Source: Pirellula staleyi DSM 6068
GTDB taxonomy: Bacteria > Planctomycetota > Planctomycetia > Pirellulales > Pirellulaceae
DNA: 32,000 nt
Assembly (NCBI GenBank): GCA_000025185.1
Contig: CP001848.1
Coordinates: forward strand, 4,590,001 to 4,622,000
Direction: 5' to 3'
The first letter of the stretch is position 1. Each line of letters starts with the position of its first letter. The notes below the pieces were generated by a model. The model searched no databases. It was given only the letters and a program-made list of their open reading frames with translations, and was not told where the DNA came from. The position numbers were made by a program, and so were the translations under genes. Below, piece after piece: positions 18,589-24,949 of the stretch.

Positions 18589-18672
18589 GTCTCTACAACC
18601 TTTATCGGAGTTATGCAGCAGTTCTTGGCAAACTGGTGATGATTGACTTTCGACCCATACTTGGGGACGCAA

Positions 18673-21600
18673 CTACTGCGCTGCGGGAGCAGCTTCGACT
18701 TTGATTTTCACTTGCGTCGTTGCGCCGATATCGACGTTGTTGAACTTACCTTTCGCACGAATCGTGACGAGGTGCTCGCCGACCGTGGCATTATCCCCCG
18801 CCATGATTTCGAGCTTACCTTCAGCACCACCTTGCGGGACATTCACCTTCGGAGCCTGAATGCCTTGCACTCCAGGTGGGAGTTCGATGCTGAGTTCGAC
18901 AGCGTCGGCAAACTCGTACTTGCGATCGAGCTTGATCGTGAGTTCCGACTTCTCTTTTTGCTTCACAGCAACTTCAGCAGCCGGTGTGATTGTCAGGGGA
19001 GTCGGGACAATCCGGAGTTTGATGGGACTCGAGACCACCATGAAGTTGACGTCCTTCATTTGGTTGGCATTACGTGTGTCGGTGAGGCGTTTGTCAGCAG
19101 CTTGCTTCAGCTGATTCGCTTGCGCGAGTTGATCCATCGCAAGCTTAGCTGCAGCTTCCGATTCGGTTTTGGCGGTATTGGCAGCATCACGAGCCGCAGT
19201 GGCATCGACCACAGCCTTATCGGCAGTGGCTTTCGTTTCGTCGGCAGTTTTCACCACGGCGGTGAGATCGTCGACTACTTTTTGGGCAGCATTAGCGGCG
19301 TCGACGAGAGCCTGATTGGCTGCATCTTTGCTCGCGGCATCCTTGGCCTGTGTTAGTTTGTCGTTAGCAGCCTTCAGAGCGTCGGCTTGCTTCTTTGCTT
19401 CATTGGCAGCATTCGTTGCATTTTGCTGCGAGGTCTTCAAAGCTGCTTCAGCTTCGGCTGCTTTCTTGGTCGCTTCATCCTTCGCAGTGGTTGCTGTTTT
19501 CTGTTTCTCGGTGAACGTGGCAACCGTCATTTCAGCCTGCTTTTGTTCAGCCTCGGCAGCAGTAACCGCTTCGACGTTGCGGCCATACTTTCGCTTCGCT
19601 TCTGTGCTGAGGTAGAAGGTATAGGTACCGGGCTTGATGTTGTTTTGGGTCAGCTCGATTTCGAGTTTGCCATCGCCAGCACCGCCACCAATCGCCACTT
19701 CTTTGGGCTTAATCTGGTCGGGCAAACCATCGGCTTGCAGTTTGAGTTCGTCTTTAAATTCGCCGCGACGCAAGACACTCACAGGAATCGAAAGTTTGCC
19801 ACCTAGCGACGTTTCCCAAACTTTGTCTTCACCGGCGGTCACTTGCACGGGAAGCGTATCTTTCTCGGCGACAGCAAGATAGAAATGGGGTGTGAGACGA
19901 AACTTGCCGGGTTGCTGTTGGCGGTTGGGCGTTCCCCAAGTCACCTGGGCATAGCGGGCTTCGCGAACAAGTTCTTTGTCTCCTACGATGCTTTTGCCGA
20001 TCACGCGAATCGTGCCGCACCAGTTGGCAGCTTGATCGTTCGCCGAGAAGACCAACTTCGCGCGGTTTACTTCACCCCCGAGCAGAGCGCCGGTGCATGT
20101 CACGCCGGCAGGCAAACCCTCGACGGATAGCTGCACTTCACCTTGGAAATCATCGCGACGTTGCAGCACGACATCTACCGACGAGTTGCTGCCGCGATAT
20201 AGCGCAAGTGCGCCAGATGGAATCTGATTATTGTTCTGCTTCCGTCCAGCTTCAGGTGGATCATTCTCGACCAGCAAGCGAAAATCGGGAGCCAGGGGAC
20301 GCATAGCCAGTCGATAAACGTTGCCCGGATTGGCCACACCTTCGCCAAACTGATCGCGCACAAGTACGCGATAGGTGCCATCTTCGGGAACCAAGAATCG
20401 GAGCGATGGGTCGTCGCTTGTCGAATCGAAATCGCTACCAATCCGCTGCTGACGCTCCTGCGAATCATCCACCTGCATCAAGTCGTTAACTTTCTCGACA
20501 CCTGCCTCGTCCTTGGTGATTCGGAAAAAAGAAATCGCGGGATCACTCTCGAGACCTGCTTGATTCGAGATCACTTCGATCCAGTAGATATCACCCTTTT
20601 TGGCGTCGAATTGATACCAGTCGACATCTCCTTCAGGATAAAACTGACCAGCGATATCCACGGGAAGGGTGACGACTTGCGCATCGGTTGTTTTGTCACT
20701 CGCTTGTTGTTCGAGCACGACCGGAGCAGTTGCGAACTGCAGGGGAATGCCAACCGTGGCACTGCCGAAGTTGTGCTTGTGCTCGAACGTGTCGAGCCAT
20801 GCACCACGCGTTGGTGCTTGCTGGCAAACCACATGAGCAGCACCATCGCCAGGAATCCCAATGTTCAGTTGCACCTTTTCGAGCGGAACACCATCGATCT
20901 TCATACCGTCGGCAGGTTGGCTGCCAGGAAGGTTGCGACCGTAAATCCAGTAAGCACCACTGGAACCAGGAACACCTGCGGGTGGAAACACGAAATCGAT
21001 GATCGGCGAACTGCTGACCGACAAGCGATAGAAATAGTCGGGACCGCCACCAAAAATCGAATCGTTCAGCTTGATGAGGAAGTCGCCGGTGGTCGGCGCG
21101 GTGAAAACAAGCTGCGCATCTCGCGCAACATTAGCGCGCGCTCGCGCGAGTTGTTTACCATCGCTGCTAAGAACCGCCACCAGCGGACTCAGCCGCGAAT
21201 CGATACGGTCGGCCGTGACGTCGATCGTCACTTTCTCCCCTTGCTTTAGCGAGAGTTTAAAAAAGTCGCTGTTCGAGGCGTCGACCCGTCCGCTGAAGAC
21301 CTGCCCCAGCGTCATGGCGACTGCATTCTCGATGGCCGAGTTCGCGGCAGCTTCAACTACTTCCTCTTGACCACTCACCACAAAACGTCGTGCGCTAGAG
21401 AGACCAAAACGACCGAACGCGCGCACTTCGTATACGCCAGCAGGGACATCCCCCGCGATCTGCAGGGTGTAGACATTCGCAATCGGCTTAGCCGTCGGCT
21501 CGAACTCGGTGGGGGCCGACATTTTGGGGGTCGCCGCGATGCCGGGATGCGAAAACACCAGCTGCGTAATATCGTCGAGATCAGTTCCAGCGAGCGTCAC

Positions 21601-21759
21601 CTCGACCGTGGTTCCCTGGCGTCCCCCGGGCGGAAAGATGCTGGCGAGTTGAGGCCGTGGCATTTGTGCCACTGCGACGGAAGCCATCGCCAAAACCATA
21701 GCGAGCGGGCTTACGGCACGCTTCATGGCAGCAGCGAGCAGGGCGAAAAAAGCTGGCAT
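18673..21759 (-). CDS. Exported multi-domain protein: two IPT-like + PPC (pre-peptidase C-terminal type) units, further beta-sandwich domains, long helix, C-terminal beta-sandwich
   Basis: The ORF track gives 18673..21816. The preferred start is ATG 21759 (AGGAG 7 nt upstream); ATG 21726 (MKRAVSPLAMVLAMASVAVAQ) is an alternative. PPC-like segments 'SDFFKLSLKQGEKVTIDV...GDFLIKLND...YRLSV' and 'GDVDWYQFDAKKGDIYWIEV...GTYRVLVRD...VYRLAM'. Recurrent 'LSVEGLPAGV / LQADGLPDQI / LSIELPPGV' domain signature. Confidence 0.8.
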   Translation of the reverse strand: MPAFFALLAAAMKRAVSPLAMVLAMASVAVAQMPRPQLASIFPPGGRQGTTVEVTLAGTDLDDITQLVFSHPGIAATPKMSAPTEFEPTAKPIANVYTLQIAGDVPAGVYEVRAFGRFGLSSARRFVVSGQEEVVEAAANSAIENAVAMTLGQVFSGRVDASNSDFFKLSLKQGEKVTIDVTADRIDSRLSPLVAVLSSDGKQLARARANVARDAQLVFTAPTTGDFLIKLNDSIFGGGPDYFYRLSVSSSPIIDFVFPPAGVPGSSGAYWIYGRNLPGSQPADGMKIDGVPLEKVQLNIGIPGDGAAHVVCQQAPTRGAWLDTFEHKHNFGSATVGIPLQFATAPVVLEQQASDKTTDAQVVTLPVDIAGQFYPEGDVDWYQFDAKKGDIYWIEVISNQAGLESDPAISFFRITKDEAGVEKVNDLMQVDDSQERQQRIGSDFDSTSDDPSLRFLVPEDGTYRVLVRDQFGEGVANPGNVYRLAMRPLAPDFRLLVENDPPEAGRKQNNNQIPSGALALYRGSNSSVDVVLQRRDDFQGEVQLSVEGLPAGVTCTGALLGGEVNRAKLVFSANDQAANWCGTIRVIGKSIVGDKELVREARYAQVTWGTPNRQQQPGKFRLTPHFYLAVAEKDTLPVQVTAGEDKVWETSLGGKLSIPVSVLRRGEFKDELKLQADGLPDQIKPKEVAIGGGAGDGKLEIELTQNNIKPGTYTFYLSTEAKRKYGRNVEAVTAAEAEQKQAEMTVATFTEKQKTATTAKDEATKKAAEAEAALKTSQQNATNAANEAKKQADALKAANDKLTQAKDAASKDAANQALVDAANAAQKVVDDLTAVVKTADETKATADKAVVDATAARDAANTAKTESEAAAKLAMDQLAQANQLKQAADKRLTDTRNANQMKDVNFMVVSSPIKLRIVPTPLTITPAAEVAVKQKEKSELTIKLDRKYEFADAVELSIELPPGVQGIQAPKVNVPQGGAEGKLEIMAGDNATVGEHLVTIRAKGKFNNVDIGATTQVKIKVEAAPAAQ
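19060..19572 (-). other. About 170-aa Gly/Pro-free Ala/Lys/Thr/Asp-rich predicted helix
   Basis: Translation from 'EAVTAAEAEQKQAEMTVATFTEKQK...' to '...KQAADKRLTDTRNANQMKD'. It contains no Gly or Pro, and its composition mirrors the helical segment of the downstream gene. Confidence 0.6.
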
Positions 21760-21949
21760 CAGGAGACTCCTGAGTGATCGATAAATCGCGGGGGGAAAGG
21801 GCGGGAGAGCAGACAACAGGGGATGCTGTCACTCGGCGAATCTCGAGGCGAGCATCCGGTTGGATGGTACGCCAGAATTCGTAACAGGCAGGAAGGAGAC
21901 CGCTTTTCCAACGACCAAGTTTAGTTCGTTGTACAGTTCATCGCCGACA

Positions 21950-21986
21950 GAAATCTCAGGAATTATCACCTAACTCCTGAGATTTC
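21950..21986 (-). terminator. Perfect 12-bp hairpin 25 nt after the DUF1549/DUF1553 gene stop (terminator, attenuator or RNA-processing element)
   Basis: gaaatctcagga (21950-21961) / tcctgagatttc (21975-21986) with a 13-nt loop. No U-tract follows on the minus strand. Confidence 0.45.
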
Positions 21987-22010
21987 ATTGACGACCTTTT
22001 ACGCAACTCT

Positions 22011-24512
22011 TTAGTGATTAAAGAGAAACTCTTTCGTATTGATCAGAGCCCAAACAATATCTTCGTAGGCTCGCTTGGGGTCCTCAGCGTTCTTTTCGAT
22101 GTGAGCCACAGCAACAGCCAGTTCTTCGGGCAGGGGGGCCCGGCCGAAGGTGAGGAGATAAAGCTCACGAATCTTCACGTCGTGCGGACGCTCTTTGTCA
22201 GCAGCCAACTTGGCAGCGCGACCACCACCGCTCGTGAGTTTGCCTTGAATCTCGCCCGAGTTGAGCAGGTGCAAGCTCTGAGCCAGATTGGCCTCGCTCG
22301 ATCGTTCGCACTCGCAAGCCGAACTCGACTCTGGCCGACCAAACACGGTGAGGAAGTAGCTATTGAAGCCGTTGTCGGGCAACTGCACGGCGCGGGTTCC
22401 GTTGGGAACACCACCAAAGTTGCTTTGCGTTCCGGTCACCTGATCGATGGCGTCGAGCAGCACTTCGGCATTGAGTCGCTTGGGGTAGTAGCGGCTGAAG
22501 TTTTGCTTGTCGTCCTGATTCCACTCATTGGGCTCCGCCGTGAGCTGATAGGTGCTCGAGCTGCAGATCGTATGGCAGAGCTTCTTCAGATCGAACTTGC
22601 TGTCGACAAAGTCCTTGGCCAGTGCATCCAAGAGCGCTGGATTCGAGGCCGGATTGGTCACCCGCATGTCATCTTCGGGATCGACCAGACCACGACCAAA
22701 GAAATGCTTCCAGTATCGATTCACAAGCGAGCGTGCGAAGAATGGGTTACTCGGGTCCGACATCCAATCGGCCAGGGCGCGACGAGGATCTTCGTCGGCA
22801 GTCAGTTCGAGCGGAGCGCTCCCAAGTCCGGTGGGCTTCACGGCCTGACCGGTCTTTGGGTTACTCGCCTGCGCGATCCCTCGGCGATGGTAGATTCGAT
22901 CTTCGTTTTGCACTTCACCACGCTTACGACCCACTTGAGCAAAGAAGGCGGCAAAACCGTAGTAGTCTTGCTGACTCCATTTTTCAAACGGATGGTGATG
23001 GCAGCGGGCACATTGAATGCGTAGTCCCAGGAACAGCTGAGCCGTATCCTCGACCTGTGCCGACTGATCTTTCACTTCGCGATACCAAGCTACAGGAGCA
23101 TTTTTGCCCGCTTCGCCGGTAGCCGTCAGGATTTCGCGTACGAACTGATCGTACGGTTTGTTTTCGTGCAAACTTGTCCGAATCCAGTCGTGAAACGTGA
23201 AGGTGTAGTTCTTTTCGAAATCTTGGCGACGCTTGTTACGCAGGATTGCGTTCCACTTGTTGCCAAAGTAATCGGCGTAGTCGGTGCTTTCGAGCAAACG
23301 TCGAATGACGTTATCCCGTTTGTTAGGGTCGGCATCAGCCAGAAACTGTTCCGCTTCCTCAAGCTTTGGCAAGCGACCAGCGAGGTCGACCGTCACACGA
23401 CGAAGAAAGGTGGCATCGTCACTAACACCCGACGATGGCAAACCGAGATCGCCCAATTTTTTGAAAACCAATTCGTCGATGAAGTTCTTCTTGCCGACGT
23501 TTGACTCGGACTTTACGCCGAGGGGAACAGTGGCGCGGAACACACCGACGTGACCTTGGTAGCGCGCCATGATGGCGACACTACCGGTCAATTGGCCCGT
23601 CGTCACCAGACCGGTAACACTCACTTCGGCCATTTCGGTGTCGTTGCTGTCAAACTGAGCTGTACGCGTGACATCTTCGGTCGAGCCGTCACTGAGGTGA
23701 GCAATCACCACCGCTTGTTGCGTGGTGCTGCGATCCATCAGGCGTTCCGAAGGAAAGACTTCGATATGCGTAACGACCGGATCAGTCTCTTTGCCGTAAG
23801 GCATTCCTTGCTCGATCCAGCGTTTCATCAGGCGATAGGCTGGGGAGTCGAAATCAACACGCTGTCCGCCACCGTGAGGCAGGCGTGCGGTTGCCTTGAG
23901 GAGCAGCAAACTTTGATCGGGAGCAGCGGGGAAGATTCGCCGGCCGCGTCCTTCTTTGACGAGATATTCGTAGTCTTCCTTGGGCTCGAAACCTAAGAGT
24001 GAAAGACGGAAACCGTTTTGGCCACCACTCTTTCCGTGGCAGCCACCACCGTTGCAGCTGTATTTCGTGAAAAGGGGGGTGATCTGGTTGGCGAAGTTGA
24101 TGGGCAGATCGGTCACAAGGTTGGTGACACGGGATTTCAGCTGCAGTTTCTGACCAGCGGCGTCGACCTCGATCGTGGTTTCCCCTTCAGCAATGGGGGT
24201 CACGAGGCCAGTTTCGTCGATTGCCACAATACCGGCAGGATTAGCCGAGTATTTGGACGAGCGGGTTAGGTCGCGGGTTTGTCCGCTGTTATAGAGACCT
24301 GTAACCACGAGTTGCTGAACAGCGTCGCGACCCGAGAGTGTAAAGAGTCCATCGACAGTGCGACCGGTATCGACCTGAATCGATGTCAGCTGACCAGGAT
24401 CACCGAGACCTGGAGCCTTCGGTTTTTCGTCGGCGGCATACGAGCTCGAGGCAAAAAGTAAGCAACTAAGAAGCAAGAGCCGAGAGAGCGGCAGGTGGGG
24501 ACGTGAGGGCAT
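22011..24512 (-). CDS. Exported Ig-like (Big_2-type) + PSCyt2 (DUF1549) + PSD1 (DUF1553) protein
   Basis: 833-aa ORF with GGAAGGGA SD 6 nt upstream. Signal peptide 'MPSRPHLPLSRLLLLSCLLFASSSYA'. Two Big_2-like segments ('AIDETGLVTPIAEGETTIEV', 'VSVTGLVTTGQLTGSVAIMA'). 'CNGGGCHGKSGGQNGFRLSLLG'. DUF1549-like 'FIDELVFKKLGDLGLPSSGVSDDATFLRRVTVDLAGRLP'. 'IQCARCHHHPFEKWSQQDYYGFAAFF'. DUF1553-like 'LVNRYWKHFFGRGLV...ACECERSSEANLAQSLHLLNS'. Confidence 0.88.
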   Translation of the reverse strand: MPSRPHLPLSRLLLLSCLLFASSSYAADEKPKAPGLGDPGQLTSIQVDTGRTVDGLFTLSGRDAVQQLVVTGLYNSGQTRDLTRSSKYSANPAGIVAIDETGLVTPIAEGETTIEVDAAGQKLQLKSRVTNLVTDLPINFANQITPLFTKYSCNGGGCHGKSGGQNGFRLSLLGFEPKEDYEYLVKEGRGRRIFPAAPDQSLLLLKATARLPHGGGQRVDFDSPAYRLMKRWIEQGMPYGKETDPVVTHIEVFPSERLMDRSTTQQAVVIAHLSDGSTEDVTRTAQFDSNDTEMAEVSVTGLVTTGQLTGSVAIMARYQGHVGVFRATVPLGVKSESNVGKKNFIDELVFKKLGDLGLPSSGVSDDATFLRRVTVDLAGRLPKLEEAEQFLADADPNKRDNVIRRLLESTDYADYFGNKWNAILRNKRRQDFEKNYTFTFHDWIRTSLHENKPYDQFVREILTATGEAGKNAPVAWYREVKDQSAQVEDTAQLFLGLRIQCARCHHHPFEKWSQQDYYGFAAFFAQVGRKRGEVQNEDRIYHRRGIAQASNPKTGQAVKPTGLGSAPLELTADEDPRRALADWMSDPSNPFFARSLVNRYWKHFFGRGLVDPEDDMRVTNPASNPALLDALAKDFVDSKFDLKKLCHTICSSSTYQLTAEPNEWNQDDKQNFSRYYPKRLNAEVLLDAIDQVTGTQSNFGGVPNGTRAVQLPDNGFNSYFLTVFGRPESSSACECERSSEANLAQSLHLLNSGEIQGKLTSGGGRAAKLAADKERPHDVKIRELYLLTFGRAPLPEELAVAVAHIEKNAEDPKRAYEDIVWALINTKEFLFNH

Positions 24513-24852
24513 GAGGTTTCCCTTCCAAGCGGTGCCAAGGTGTGACGACTATCCATAGCCGGAGGGCGATACGGAGGGCTGGAAGCGATTATTGTCATCG
24601 CCAACTGTCGATGCAAGCACATTTCAACATTTGTTGATGGGTTGCCCGATTTCCGCACAGGGGGTGTTAGCGGAAATCAGCCTTCCACTGAATGCACTTC
24701 ATGGGCAGCTGACTTCCCATGGCACCCCAGGATACGTTGGTTACGCAGTTTCTTGCCGATTGGGGCGAAAAGAAGGAAGATTCGGCTGAAAGTACACCTG
24801 GGGAACTCTGCGATTACGGCTGGCGTGGCCACACGGGTGTAACGTGTCTACG

Positions 24853-24887
24853 AAAAAGGGCCTTCAACTCTGAGAGAGGAAGGCCCT
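24853..24887 (-). terminator. Rho-independent terminator of the PpiD-like gene
   Basis: Stem agggccttc (24857-24865) / gaaggccct (24879-24887), with an inner ctct/agag helix. On the minus strand it is followed by a T-run (plus-strand aaaaa at 24853-24857). It lies 64 nt after the stop at 24950. Confidence 0.7.
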
Positions 24888-24949
24888 GGAAGACGTTCAA
24901 ATTATCGTTGCTAAGGCAGCGTTCGGCGCCGGCTCAGCCAAATCTACGA

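Noticed and set aside
18643-21249. Plus-strand ORFs 18643..19356 (237 aa) and 20560..21249 (229 aa) inside the PPC/helix gene
   Set aside because: These are antisense shadows of the 1028-aa minus-strand gene. Their composition is dominated by the reverse-complement codon bias.
22014-23024. 336-aa ORF antisense to the DUF1549/DUF1553 gene
   Set aside because: It spans the same interval as the strongly motif-supported minus-strand gene. It has no start context or domain signature.
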